DNA of 63,836 bases, counting the filler, from Acidimicrobiia bacterium (lineage in GTDB: Bacteria; Actinomycetota; Acidimicrobiia; Spongiisociales; JAHEDJ01): assembly GCA_029210695.1 (NCBI GenBank). It is 3 parts of 3 records of this genome, joined end to end, with 100 filler letters (N's around TTAATTAATTAA, not from the genome) between each part and the next. Parts side by side here need not be neighbours in the genome. Positions count along the whole stretch, not along the records: positions 1 to 22,723 come from JARGFH010000056.1; 2 more parts are not named here. One strand, 5' to 3'. The position numbers and the translations under genes are program-made. The first letter of the stretch is position 1; the number at the start of each line of letters is the position of its first letter. The notes below the pieces were generated by a model. That model worked only from the letters and a program-made list of their open reading frames with translations, was not told the origin of the DNA and made no database searches. Shown here in pieces: positions 8,097 to 17,852 of the stretch.

Positions 8097-9235
8097 CTCC
8101 CGCACACGAAATCGGACCAGTTGTAGAAGTCGACCGCCAGCACCGCCGGGTATTCGACTTCGACGTCGTCGAGGAACCCGATGAGCTCTGCCGTCGGCCC
8201 GGTCACCACGAGGGTCACCACGCCGGGGTCGGCTTGCGCCAGCTGCACGGCCGTTTGTTCGAGTCGTTCGACGTCGCTCGTCTCCGGATCGACCGCCCGT
8301 TCGATCAGCCATGGGTTGGCCGTAAGGGTGCCGACGGCTCGCCGTACCTCGGCGAGGGCATTGGCGATCGAGGCCGGGGCACCGCCGAGGCCGAGTCCCC
8401 CACTGACCGATGTGCCTCCAAAGCGTGAATCATCGACCATCCCGGGCTCTAGACAGGTGGGGTATCCCAGTACCCCGTATCCAAAGCCCGAGAACGGTTG
8501 CTCGTCGAGGTCCAGCCGTTGGGAGGTCGGAAAACCCGCCCAAACGACCCGGACGTCGTAGTCCGTCGAGTCGGCCAGCTCCTGGGCTCGGGCCAGCGAG
8601 ATCGGTTCGTTGAAGTGGGCGGCTACCGTGGCCACCGTGCCCGAGCCCAACTCGGCCAGCCGGTATTCACCTGGTGTCCCCGAGTTGAAGTCGGTCACGT
8701 AGGGCCAGAACCAGCCACCAAGGGGAGCGCCGAACCTGGTGATCCCGATCCGGCTGCCGACCTCGCCCAGCTCTTTCGCCCCGGCCCCGACCTGCAGCAC
8801 GAGGTGAGCTGTGTTCGTCCGCGATGCTGCACCGGAGGTGACATCCCAATCGGTGGCGATGGCGCCCTCGTTGACCATCATCGCCATGTCGAAGGTGGCG
8901 CGAGCAGCGATGGTGGCACGGTCTCCCCGGTTGATCACCAGCGGTTGGATGATCACGGCGGAGACCAGCCACGCCACTATCCACAGCGACACCAGCATGA
9001 GGGCAGTGTTCGTCACCGTCCTCCACATTGCCCGCCGGACGGAGCGCCGTAGGGACCGCTCGTCCACCGCCCCACCGGCGAGCCCGCTGAGATCGACCGG
9101 TGCGACCTCGTCGAGGATGGCCCGGCATTCCGCGCAATCGGCGAGGTGATCGTCGACGGCCCGGCGGGTCGCCCGGTCGAGCGTCTCGTCGACGTATCCT
9201 TCGAGCAGGTCCTGAATCTCATCGTGGGAATTCAT
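8093..9235 (-). CDS. Zinc-finger (zf-HC2) membrane anti-sigma factor
   Basis: HLADCAEC motif, one TM helix, extracytoplasmic C-terminus; follows the ECF sigma gene. Confidence 0.85.
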   Translation of the reverse strand: MNSHDEIQDLLEGYVDETLDRATRRAVDDHLADCAECRAILDEVAPVDLSGLAGGAVDERSLRRSVRRAMWRTVTNTALMLVSLWIVAWLVSAVIIQPLVINRGDRATIAARATFDMAMMVNEGAIATDWDVTSGAASRTNTAHLVLQVGAGAKELGEVGSRIGITRFGAPLGGWFWPYVTDFNSGTPGEYRLAELGSGTVATVAAHFNEPISLARAQELADSTDYDVRVVWAGFPTSQRLDLDEQPFSGFGYGVLGYPTCLEPGMVDDSRFGGTSVSGGLGLGGAPASIANALAEVRRAVGTLTANPWLIERAVDPETSDVERLEQTAVQLAQADPGVVTLVVTGPTAELIGFLDDVEVEYPAVLAVDFYNWSDFVCGR

Positions 9236-9705
9236 CTCTGGTACTCCGTGTAGTAGGCCCGGAACGAGACCCGGGCGCGGTGAATGAGAACCTTCACGGC
9301 CGCCGGCGTGCAGTGCATCGCGTCGGCGACCTCCTCGTAGCTGAGCCCGGCTCGATCACAAAGCAGGAGGGCCGTGCGATGACGTTCCGGCATCCTCGAC
9401 AACGCCTGTTCGATGGCATCGACCTCGGCGAAATCGGCATCCTCGACCACCGCCTCATAGACATCTTCAACGGGTACGGGATGGCGGCGTCTCGTGTCGT
9501 CGATGAACACCGACCTGGCGATGGTGAACAGCCATGACCGGGGATTGCCTCCCCGATAACCACCAAGTGAGCGCGTTGCCTTCACGAAGGTCTCTTGCAT
9601 CAGATCCTCCGCGTAGGTTCTGTCCCGGCACAGCGAGATGAGGAACGCGTAGACCGCGTCCGCATGCGCCCGGTAGAAGCCTTCGATTGTGGTTGGCGTG
9701 TCCAC
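9232..9705 (-). CDS. ECF RNA polymerase sigma factor
   Basis: AEDLMQETF, SWLFTIAR and region 4 LSYEEVA...VKVLIHRAR; GTG 9705 behind GGGAG. Confidence 0.9.
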   Translation of the reverse strand: MDTPTTIEGFYRAHADAVYAFLISLCRDRTYAEDLMQETFVKATRSLGGYRGGNPRSWLFTIARSVFIDDTRRRHPVPVEDVYEAVVEDADFAEVDAIEQALSRMPERHRTALLLCDRAGLSYEEVADAMHCTPAAVKVLIHRARVSFRAYYTEYQR

Positions 9706-9795
9706 ACGTCTCCCGTCCTCCCTAGTCAAGGTGTTCTTGTCCTGGGAAAGACGGATTTCGGATGCCCGCAGTTACGCGCAACCTTCGATCGCTTT

Positions 9796-9903
9796 TTCTC
9801 CGCAATGCTGCACACGATTAACCGACCATTGCATTGCGCAGAAAACTCCCCCCGGTTTCTCCGCAATGCTGTGGACCACCACACGACGCTGTATTGCCGA
9901 GAA
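9796..9903. repeat. Doublet of 47-48-bp palindromes (same family as 7276-7384)
   Basis: TTCTCCGCAATGC arms, 61-bp period. Confidence 0.8.
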
Positions 9904-9910
9904 ACTCGGG

Positions 9911-10405
9911 CTATCCGCGGTCTTCGACGGTCCAGAGGAGCCATCTGGTGCCCCCCTCGATGAGGTGGAGGTCCCAGACGACCTCGTCGACGGTCTCTCC
10001 GTCACGGGCGATGATCACCGTGCCCGATACCACCGGGAACCCATCCCGCATGGCCGCGGTTGGCTCGACGAGTGTGAAGGAGTAAGTCGCCTCGTCCGAA
10101 CCGATCGTCGACGCTTCTCCAAATAGTTGAGCGTATTGCGGACCGGCGGGGTCGAGGAACCCATCCAGCACTGCCAGGTCACCCGTCGATGCAAACCGCG
10201 CCCATGCGTCCAGGGCGTCCTGGGCGGCGGCGATCCACACCTCCTCGTCGAAGACAAGAACCGGAACAGGAGTGCCAATCGTCACCGCGTCGGAGCCGGC
10301 GGGTTCCTCCGACGACCAGTCGAAGACCTGCCAGACCAACACCGCGGCCAGCACCACGATCAGGCCAATGGCCGCCGCCAGGCGCCCGGGGCTGTTCCCA
10401 CCCAT
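9911..10405 (-). CDS. Hypothetical membrane-anchored protein at the end of the tad cluster
   Basis: N-terminal TM helix; follows the TadG-like gene. Confidence 0.6.
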   Translation of the reverse strand: MGGNSPGRLAAAIGLIVVLAAVLVWQVFDWSSEEPAGSDAVTIGTPVPVLVFDEEVWIAAAQDALDAWARFASTGDLAVLDGFLDPAGPQYAQLFGEASTIGSDEATYSFTLVEPTAAMRDGFPVVSGTVIIARDGETVDEVVWDLHLIEGGTRWLLWTVEDRG

Positions 10406-10412
10406 TACGACC

Positions 10413-10829
10413 TCACGGTGACGGCGCCGCCCGCGCCACAGAGACAACTCGTACCAACAACGGATCTTCGCCGACCGTCAACAGACGTAGGAGCGTGAGT
10501 TCGACTTCCCGAGTCAATACGACCTGCACGGAATCGCCGGCGACCGCCACGTCGAGCGGGGCCGACAGCTCTCCGGCCACACCATGCTGAGCGACGACAC
10601 GCTCCGCCAGCGCGACAGCCTCATCATTCAAGAGACGTATCTCCCCGACCTGGCGCCATTGGTCCACATCCACGGCCGAAGCCGCCGCAGCCGCCGCAGA
10701 ATCGGCCACTGCAGCCAGCTCGCGCCGGTCCGACATGACCCTCCACAGATCAACGCTCAGTCCCCCAAGGAACAACACGGCGATTGACAGACCGAGAACC
10801 CAGAACGTGATAGACCCGCGCTCTTTCAC
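10413..10829 (-). CDS. TadG-like minor pilin
   Basis: ERGS prepilin motif, TM helix, VD..R....RRELAAVADSAAAAAAS. Confidence 0.8.
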   Translation of the reverse strand: MKERGSITFWVLGLSIAVLFLGGLSVDLWRVMSDRRELAAVADSAAAAAASAVDVDQWRQVGEIRLLNDEAVALAERVVAQHGVAGELSAPLDVAVAGDSVQVVLTREVELTLLRLLTVGEDPLLVRVVSVARAAPSP

Positions 10830-11290
10830 GGTGCAAAGCTTCTGTAGAGCTCGACCTGCTCCGTCACGCGGGACGATACGGTTCCCTCTCCGAACGTCCC
10901 TATGCCGAGGATGGTCGCCGCCGGCACTCTCACCCGAACCTCGACCGCCATCATCGCTCCACGGGACAGTGGCGGACAGTGCGCCTCGGCTTTCATTTCA
11001 TCGGGAGCCTCTTCATGTGCGCAGAAGAAGACGGAAACGTCCTCGGCATCGATTCCATGATTCGAAGCGACGCGCAAAGCAAGGGCAGCCGCGGCGGTCT
11101 CATCCGGCGAAGTACCCGGTGACAAAACGAGAACGCGAGCCGCTTCTCCCGCCGCCACACGCGCCATCGACTGTCGCTCTACCCACGGGGCGACCGACAT
11201 GACCAGGACCGCCATCGGGATGAGCAGGAAGCCGACGGCGAGCGCAAACTCGATCGGAGCTGCACCGCGATCGTCGCATCGTTCGCTCAC
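10826..11290 (-). CDS. TadE-like pseudopilin
   Basis: DRG/AAPIEFAL cleavage motif and AAGEAAR; GTGA overlap with the upstream gene. Confidence 0.8.
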   Translation of the reverse strand: MSERCDDRGAAPIEFALAVGFLLIPMAVLVMSVAPWVERQSMARVAAGEAARVLVLSPGTSPDETAAAALALRVASNHGIDAEDVSVFFCAHEEAPDEMKAEAHCPPLSRGAMMAVEVRVRVPAATILGIGTFGEGTVSSRVTEQVELYRSFAP

Positions 11291-11658
11291 GGCAGCGTTT
11301 CCTTCACTGCGGTAGCCGTGAGACTGAACTCCCAGTCGGGAACAACCCAACCTTCGAACTGGACCCGGGCATTCGCCACTACGAGGTTGCCATCCAGACC
11401 ACACCCGGTCTCGACTCCGCGACCCATTTCGCCTCCGAGCAGGTCACCCACGAACGAGTCAATGCGGTCCTGGCAGTCATCCGGCGAAGCGCCGAGCGGA
11501 GCTCCGGCGCGAACGCCCTCGTCGAGCGCCGCCCGTACAACGCCGCGGCCATATTGGAACACGATCAGATTGGCAAAAGTGACAAAAAGCAGCAGCGAAA
11601 GACCGGCCGCCAGCACGAATTGTGGCGTCGCCATCCCGCGCTCTGATGCGGCATCCAT
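11287..11658 (-). CDS. TadE-like pseudopilin
   Basis: ERG/MATPQF motif, TM helix, AALDEGVRAGA. Confidence 0.75.
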   Translation of the reverse strand: MDAASERGMATPQFVLAAGLSLLLFVTFANLIVFQYGRGVVRAALDEGVRAGAPLGASPDDCQDRIDSFVGDLLGGEMGRGVETGCGLDGNLVVANARVQFEGWVVPDWEFSLTATAVKETLP

Positions 11659-11667
11659 GCCGGAACC

Positions 11668-11910
11668 TCAGCCGTCGAGGATCTTGGTGCGGATCCAATC
11701 CACGACGTCGACCCCCAGCGCCTGTAGGAGGCCCCAGATCACGACCAGTGCGGCGATGGCCAGCGCGGCGTTTCCGAGCAGTTCAGCAGTGCTCAACCCT
11801 TCCTCACGGCGAAGTTCGCCTACACCGCGCGGCAGGCGCTGCAGCAGCGCAACCATAAATACACGGACCAACTCCCACTCCTTTCCCTTCCTGGAGATCA
11901 TATCCATCAC
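11668..11910 (-). CDS. Flp-like major pilin (start may be ATG 11856)
   Basis: REEG/LSTAE prepilin site followed by a hydrophobic helix; short protein. Confidence 0.7.
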   Translation of the reverse strand: MMDMISRKGKEWELVRVFMVALLQRLPRGVGELRREEGLSTAELLGNAALAIAALVVIWGLLQALGVDVVDWIRTKILDG

Positions 11911-12869
11911 AGATTCCCGAAGACGATGGAAGGCAGAGGTGCGGCGACAAACAACAGCATCACCGGCGCCAGAATTGCGATCGTCGGGATCAACATCGCC
12001 GCACGTCTCTTCGTAGCCTGCCTCCGCATCGCTTCACGCCGACCCTCCCTGACATCTTCACTCAGGGCGAGAAGCGCCTCGCCGAGATCTGCGCCGCGCT
12101 CGTCGGCCGCAGCCAGAAGTGCGTATGTTCTGGCCGCATTGGGCTCGGGCGTCGTCGAAGCCACCCGACTGAACGCGTCTGAGGCGGACATCCCGCTCCG
12201 ATGGAGCCGCAACGCCTCCTCTAATTCCTCGACGACGGCCCCGGAGCCGCGTTGAGAGAGTTGCTGCACCGCCTGGATCACTCCTCCCCCGACCCGGACC
12301 CGCATCGCCAACAACTGATTGATCGTATATATCTCGATCCTCATCCGATCACGCCGTTCCTCGATTGCCCTGTCGACTGCCGCCCGCGACCGGGTGGCAC
12401 CCACGACGAATCCCAGAACGCCGAGAAGGAGTGCAAGTGACGCCCCATCCCCAACGAGCGCGCCCGCGACAACCCCAGCAACCGAAGCGGCAACGGTGGT
12501 CCCGAGCTGACGAACCCGATACTCCTGAAGGCGGTCATCCTCAGGCAGGGACAAGTACAACCCGGCCTGGCGGAGTTTCAGCGCCATCCCCTCATCACCT
12601 GTGGCTTCCACCAGCCTGCCGAACCGTACGGCAAGGGCCTCGACCATCGGGCCGAAGAGTCGGGCTACGACTCCCGCCCCACTGACAGGTCCCGGATCGG
12701 ACACACTGAGCACATCCGGACTCATTCCGAGGCTCGTCCGGCTGATCACGGTGTATGGGCGTACTCGCGGCGCCAGGCGACGGGTCGGCCGGACGAGGAG
12801 GGACGCGAACGCAGCCACCGCGATTCCCGACAGAACGGAGACCAGGAGGTCAACACCGCCCGAACTCAA
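11907..12869 (-). CDS. tadC: TadC-like pilus assembly platform protein (T2SSF domain)
   Basis: ERGADLGEALLALSEDVR motif, C-terminal TM helix, position in the cluster. Confidence 0.8.
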   Translation of the reverse strand: MSSGGVDLLVSVLSGIAVAAFASLLVRPTRRLAPRVRPYTVISRTSLGMSPDVLSVSDPGPVSGAGVVARLFGPMVEALAVRFGRLVEATGDEGMALKLRQAGLYLSLPEDDRLQEYRVRQLGTTVAASVAGVVAGALVGDGASLALLLGVLGFVVGATRSRAAVDRAIEERRDRMRIEIYTINQLLAMRVRVGGGVIQAVQQLSQRGSGAVVEELEEALRLHRSGMSASDAFSRVASTTPEPNAARTYALLAAADERGADLGEALLALSEDVREGRREAMRRQATKRRAAMLIPTIAILAPVMLLFVAAPLPSIVFGNL

Positions 12870-13765
12870 CGCGCACCCCCCTGTTCGACCAGCAACGCTG
12901 CCCCTCCCATGACTCTCGGCTCATCTGGATCCCGGCTCAGACGCCTGACGACTGCAATCCCGAGCAGACTCATGGCAGCTCCGATCACAATGACGACTGC
13001 TCCCCCGGGAGACCTATAGAACTCGCGGAACAGCCCGGCCCGGGCCGTCAGTGCCACGAGCACAAACCAGGGCAAGGCAAAGACAACCCTTGCATTTATC
13101 TTCTGCTCGAGCGCTTCCGTTCTGATCTCTTCGATAGCCCACAAGTCACGCGTCGTAGCCTCGCCTAGATCATGGAGAATGCGCGGCACGAGCGCACCTC
13201 CACGTTCATAAGCGAGGATCAACACCTCGATGACGCGATCTGACGTCGGATCCGCCAGCTCTTCCTTGATCACTTCGAGTGCCGGCACAACCCCCAGCGT
13301 CCGGGTCAGGAGTGGATATGCGGCAAAGGCCTGCCGGAGAGGGATCGGTCCGCTGCGCGCCAGAGCTTCAACTGCCTTCGGAAGTGACATCCCGGAGGAA
13401 ATCGATGCGACGAGATCGCGAATCCCGTCGGGCCAAGCCTGCTGAACCTCCGAGAGTCGTTGGATTCTCCGTCGCGAGAAGTAGGCGCGAGGCAGCAATG
13501 CCACCACGATGGCCGGCATCAATGCGACGAGTGGGACGCCTGAAACGAGGAGAAACACGGCGAACGCGAGGGCGCCGGCGCCAATCGAAGTCATCCAGAA
13601 CTGACGGGGCGTTAGCTGTACCCCCGCCTGAATCAGCCAGGTCTGCTGCTCCGAAACCGTCGGTCGCATTGCCTTCCGCATTTCGAACCGGGGACCATGG
13701 CCCGTCATGAAGCCGACGAGCAAGTACATGAACAAACCGGACAGAAGCGACGCCACCAGGGTCAT
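12866..13765 (-). CDS. tadB: TadB-like pilus assembly platform protein (T2SSF domain)
   Basis: WPDGIRDLVASISSGMSL motif; ATGA overlap with tadA. Confidence 0.82.
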   Translation of the reverse strand: MTLVASLLSGLFMYLLVGFMTGHGPRFEMRKAMRPTVSEQQTWLIQAGVQLTPRQFWMTSIGAGALAFAVFLLVSGVPLVALMPAIVVALLPRAYFSRRRIQRLSEVQQAWPDGIRDLVASISSGMSLPKAVEALARSGPIPLRQAFAAYPLLTRTLGVVPALEVIKEELADPTSDRVIEVLILAYERGGALVPRILHDLGEATTRDLWAIEEIRTEALEQKINARVVFALPWFVLVALTARAGLFREFYRSPGGAVVIVIGAAMSLLGIAVVRRLSRDPDEPRVMGGAALLVEQGGAR

Positions 13766-15042
13766 AGAGGGCTCACTCTGCCCTCGAGAATCGACTTGAG
13801 ATCCAGACCATGAGGAAGTGCACGATCGATGATGGCCGTCGATTGCTCGGGAGGGAACGAACCCGTCCAATCGAGTGGGCGCCCGATGGCCTCTCGAGCG
13901 AAGATGGGATCGGTTGAGAAGTCCTCCCGCATCGCCGGAACGACGGCAATGATCTCCATGATCTGCCGCCGGAGTCTTTCGTTGCCCGGTTCGGGCAACG
14001 AATCCCGATCGAGATGGACGACGAAGTCGATCGATGAAGCAAATACCTTGCGAACGATCGGCTCGCTGACGTTCTCGCCTGCCATCAAGGCGGCATTGAC
14101 GATCGCGTGCAGAGCCTCGCGGGCCGAGTTGGCATGGACGGTGCAGGCGAATCCGCATCCGGCGTTAACCGCCCTCGTCAATTCGAAGGCTTCCGCCCCT
14201 CGAACTTCGCCCACAACGATACGGTCTGGCCGCATCGCCAGCACGACCTTCACCAGCCCTCGAAGGGAGATCTCGCCCTCCCCGTCGAGTGATGGAGGTC
14301 GCGCCTCGTAATAGGAACCATGCACGATGGGAACGTGTAGCTCACGCACCTCCTCGCAACATCGAAGGCAATGTGTCGGAGGTGCAGCCGAAATCATCGC
14401 GCTCAGTAGTGATGTCTTCCCTGCTCCGGGAGGTCCGGAGATCAGAACGGAGAGATTCGTCTGCATGATCGCCCAGAGGAACCCGGCCGCGACCGGCGTC
14501 ATTGCGCCAAGTTCCACGAGAGAGGGAAGCGTCTCTTTGCGAAGCGCATAGCGACGAATCGTGGCCGACAGTCCATCCGAGATCGGTGGGATCACGGCAG
14601 TCATCCGCGCCGAGTCCGACAGGACCCGCGCTTGCACGATCGGACTGGCCGTGTCTAGATGACGATCAGTATCCGCGAGAAGCCGATTCACGACCTGACG
14701 GTTCTCGGCTTCGGTTGTCGGTGCCGCGATCGCTCTCAGATGTCCTGAGCCGTCGATGTAGGTCACCCGGGGCCCCTCGATGAAGATCTCCTCCACATCA
14801 GGGCGGGTGAGGATGTCGGTCAAAGGTCCGTGCGCGGCAATCGACCGGATGACCCGTCCGATCATCTCACCCGGATCGTGCAACGCCCGTTCTTCCCCCA
14901 GGTGCGCTCTCCGCTGGTAGTCGTCAACCACGCCGGCCACGGCCGCCTCAACTGCCGTACGATCGAGTTGCGGGTCCAGTTTCCGACTCTCGATGAGGTC
15001 GACTGCAGTCCTACGGATCGTGTCGTACGCGTTTGCCGTCAT
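13762..15042 (-). CDS. tadA: TadA/CpaF pilus assembly ATPase
   Basis: GPPGAGKTS, MRPDRIVVGEVRGAEA and TVHANS motifs. Confidence 0.92.
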   Translation of the reverse strand: MTANAYDTIRRTAVDLIESRKLDPQLDRTAVEAAVAGVVDDYQRRAHLGEERALHDPGEMIGRVIRSIAAHGPLTDILTRPDVEEIFIEGPRVTYIDGSGHLRAIAAPTTEAENRQVVNRLLADTDRHLDTASPIVQARVLSDSARMTAVIPPISDGLSATIRRYALRKETLPSLVELGAMTPVAAGFLWAIMQTNLSVLISGPPGAGKTSLLSAMISAAPPTHCLRCCEEVRELHVPIVHGSYYEARPPSLDGEGEISLRGLVKVVLAMRPDRIVVGEVRGAEAFELTRAVNAGCGFACTVHANSAREALHAIVNAALMAGENVSEPIVRKVFASSIDFVVHLDRDSLPEPGNERLRRQIMEIIAVVPAMREDFSTDPIFAREAIGRPLDWTGSFPPEQSTAIIDRALPHGLDLKSILEGRVSPL

Positions 15043-16238
15043 ACGTTGACGCTTTCCGCTGCCTGCATCTCGTCGAGTCGTCGCGTGAGTGCCATCACCG
15101 CCTTCGAGTAGGGGCCGATCGGTACTGCTTCCCCCGCCCACCCCGCATCGGACACCCGCCGGTCCTCAGGGACGAACGACAGCGTGGCTGGTTGATAGCT
15201 CCTGGTGAACTCAATAGCGACTTCTCGCTGCTGGAAGCTCGATCTCCCGATGCGGTTGAAGACGCAGTGGACCGTCGCTTGTTCCACCAGCGAAGCAGCA
15301 TCGGCCAGCCACTCGATCAAGCGCGCCACCCCGACTGGCGTTGGCTGCCCGACCACCACCACCTGATCGGCGGCAGAGACAAGAGCACGGGCAAGTCCGT
15401 TTCGATCGGGTCCCCCGTGATACGACAGGTCTTCGATGCGAGCACCAATGTCGACGACTACCCGGTCGCGACCATGTGCCAACTCCCTTACGACCTCGAC
15501 AACGTCACTCGAGCGAAGTTCGATCCAATCCCGAGGGTTGGGAAGCCCGATGAGCACCTCTACCCCGACGTGACGGGGAAAGGCGAGCGATGCATGAAGG
15601 CCGTCTGAGCGATGATTGAGGGCATCGACTGCCGACCTCAGATTCGGATGGAGCGCAATACCCAGCCGCTGGGCAATCGAAGGTGCCAGGTCATCACAGT
15701 CGACCAGAGCAACTGAACCACCCCGGTATCGCCACCCGGCGGCCAAGGCAATGGCAATCTCGGTGCGGCCGACACCTCCCGATGGGCCGCCCACAACAGT
15801 TACTTTCCCGCCCTCCGCTCCGAGATCCGATGGCCCGATCGATCCGGAGATCGGCTCATCCGACCCTGCAACACTCAGACGTTCAGGACCGACGAAGATT
15901 CGACCGACTGCCTTCAGGAACTCTTCGGGCGGGGCTTGAGCTTCGACCACCGCATCGACGCCGAGCGACCGGAGTCGCTCCTCACCCTCACGAAACTCGA
16001 CCCGATCGAAGACGCCCAGCACCAGCTTGCCGTTGGCCTGCGCCTGCTGCACCAACCGGCGAGATAGGTACGACGTGAGGTCGTCGATGACCAACACGTC
16101 AAACTGCTCGGACAGGACGTCCTCCGGCCGCATAACCCGTGTGCGGACGCGGGCGCCGCCGTGGTCGGCAACGAACCTGTGGAGTCGCTCACCCCACTCG
16201 CGAGGTGACACCGCAATACCGAGCTCAGCTTCCCGCAT
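15039..16238 (-). CDS. CpaE/TadZ-like MinD-type protein with a receiver-like N-terminus
   Basis: Deviant Walker A GPSGGVGRT, VALVDCD, VVVDIG; lies between cpaB and tadA. Confidence 0.78.
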   Translation of the reverse strand: MREAELGIAVSPREWGERLHRFVADHGGARVRTRVMRPEDVLSEQFDVLVIDDLTSYLSRRLVQQAQANGKLVLGVFDRVEFREGEERLRSLGVDAVVEAQAPPEEFLKAVGRIFVGPERLSVAGSDEPISGSIGPSDLGAEGGKVTVVGGPSGGVGRTEIAIALAAGWRYRGGSVALVDCDDLAPSIAQRLGIALHPNLRSAVDALNHRSDGLHASLAFPRHVGVEVLIGLPNPRDWIELRSSDVVEVVRELAHGRDRVVVDIGARIEDLSYHGGPDRNGLARALVSAADQVVVVGQPTPVGVARLIEWLADAASLVEQATVHCVFNRIGRSSFQQREVAIEFTRSYQPATLSFVPEDRRVSDAGWAGEAVPIGPYSKAVMALTRRLDEMQAAESVNV

Positions 16239-16941
16239 CGGGTTCTCCAGAAGATACTGACTCGGGTGCAGCCGGTTGCGGGAACACCAACTGCGTTGGC
16301 TCGCTCGCACCGGTCGACCGGATGATCTCAATCGATCCTCCATCGAGCGCGCTGGCGATCCGCAGAGCCGTGAGCGAGTCGACGGCAATAGTGACGTAGA
16401 ACTGGCCGCTCGATCCAAGTCCGGCGCCGGATGACGGAGCAACATCAAGGACGGGTGCGGCCAGGACGATGTATTCAGCCAGGCCGTCGGCAACGCCGAT
16501 AACGTCGACAACGTCGTTTTCGTTGATCATTCCACCGGTGGCATGAACCCGGTCCACCGGGATACTCATAGCCCTTTGTTCGGACGGCGCAGCAGCCTCC
16601 ACGAAATCGGAGACGGAGACGAGTTCTCCCTGCGCGACGGCACGGGCAACAATCCGGTCCTCCAGGTCGAGCAGGTACTCCGCCGGGACGAGGGTGGATA
16701 GGACATTCGGATCCACCTGGACTTCGACCATCCGAAATGCGTCGGCGCTGACCTTCGTGCCGCGCACGAGGTCCGCAACTGCCACCGCGACAAGGGAGGT
16801 CTCATCCCTCGCCCGCAACAGGGCGAAGTTGACGAGCACGGCCAGCAGGCCGGCGGTGACCATGATGAGATGCCCCATCGACAGTCGACCGGTCAACGAC
16901 GGGCGGGTCCGGTGGGCTGGTTTCGACTGCTCAACCGTCAT
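16225..16941 (-). CDS. CpaB/RcpC-like SAF-domain protein
   Basis: TM helix, VAVAVADLVRGT SAF motif, RAMSIPV..GG.I...D.VDVI. Confidence 0.82.
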   Translation of the reverse strand: MTVEQSKPAHRTRPSLTGRLSMGHLIMVTAGLLAVLVNFALLRARDETSLVAVAVADLVRGTKVSADAFRMVEVQVDPNVLSTLVPAEYLLDLEDRIVARAVAQGELVSVSDFVEAAAPSEQRAMSIPVDRVHATGGMINENDVVDVIGVADGLAEYIVLAAPVLDVAPSSGAGLGSSGQFYVTIAVDSLTALRIASALDGGSIEIIRSTGASEPTQLVFPQPAAPESVSSGEPDAGS

Positions 16942-16989
16942 TTCCTCGTTAGCCTTTCACCCGACACACTCAACAACAGTGACGGAAAG

Positions 16990-17523
16990 ATGGATTGGGA
17001 CGATCCAGATTTCGACGAACTCGCTTCGGAGCTTCGCCAGCAGGTCGGGGGAGAATTTCGACTCGAGGCCGAAGCGGTTGAAGACGATGCGACGCGGCAT
17101 GCTCTGCGGCGTAGAACATTGCAGGACGTCGCGTTTGAACTCATGAACCGCGGCGATGAGGTCGGCGCCACCGGCGCCGGCGTCTCGCTCACTGGCACCG
17201 TCACGCACGTTGCCGGTGACCTGGCCATCATCCAAACTCCCCACTCACTCGCCAACGTCAACCTCGCCGGTCTCGTCTCATTGCGGGTTGTTCGCCGCCA
17301 TCAGGAGGGCGGACTAGGTCGTGCTAACGGCTCTCCATCGTACCGATCTCGAATGCTCGAACTTGAAATGTCCGGGGAATTCATCGAGATCTTCTCCTCC
17401 GTTTCAGACCCACTCACCGGAACCATCCGCGTCGTCGGCGCCGACCACATCGTGGTCGTGGACCGCAATCAGACGGAGTGGTTCATCCCGCTCTCGACCA
17501 TCGTCTTCACTCTTCAACACTGA
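16990..17523 (+). CDS. Hypothetical protein divergent from the tad operon (two similar small beta-rich halves)
   Basis: Clean ORF; LTGTVTHVAGD and LTGTIRVVGAD form an internal repeat. Confidence 0.65.
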   Translation: MDWDDPDFDELASELRQQVGGEFRLEAEAVEDDATRHALRRRTLQDVAFELMNRGDEVGATGAGVSLTGTVTHVAGDLAIIQTPHSLANVNLAGLVSLRVVRRHQEGGLGRANGSPSYRSRMLELEMSGEFIEIFSSVSDPLTGTIRVVGADHIVVVDRNQTEWFIPLSTIVFTLQH

Positions 17524-17725
17524 TTTCTTCGGGGGCTTCGACGGCCGGATGGGCCTTGAGGAACTCGAACACCTCGTCCCGGAAAAACTTGAACGCACGA
17601 CCGCCCGGCAGGCGGTAGGCCGGAATACGGCCTTCGCGGGCATACATGCGAACCATTTGCACGTTCATCCCCAGCAGTTCTGCCACCTGGGCGGCATCGA
17701 GAATCGGTGGGTAGTCCTCCGCCAT
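17507..17725 (-). CDS. Excisionase/BldC-like small HTH protein
   Basis: LDAAQVAELLGM..QMVRMYAREGRIPAYRLPGG; AAGGAG SD. Confidence 0.82.
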   Translation of the reverse strand: MAEDYPPILDAAQVAELLGMNVQMVRMYAREGRIPAYRLPGGRAFKFFRDEVFEFLKAHPAVEAPEEISVEE

Positions 17726-17794
17726 CGGCAACTCCTTCAGGTAGTCGACGATAGTTTACAACACGCAGCGCCGCTTTGTCGGCCAAATCGCTCC

Positions 17795-17841
17795 TTCTTG
17801 CGTGGTAAATGTGCGGTCTGCGACCGGAATCCACGCAAGAA
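17795..17841. repeat. 47-bp palindrome (TTCTTGCGT family)
   Basis: TTCTTGCGTGG...CCACGCAAGAA. Confidence 0.8.
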
Positions 17842-17852
17842 CGGGGTGACCG

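Noticed and set aside
17507..17725. Excisionase-like gene as the marker of a prophage or ICE
   Set aside because: No integrase, att site or phage genes nearby; better read as a BldC-like regulator
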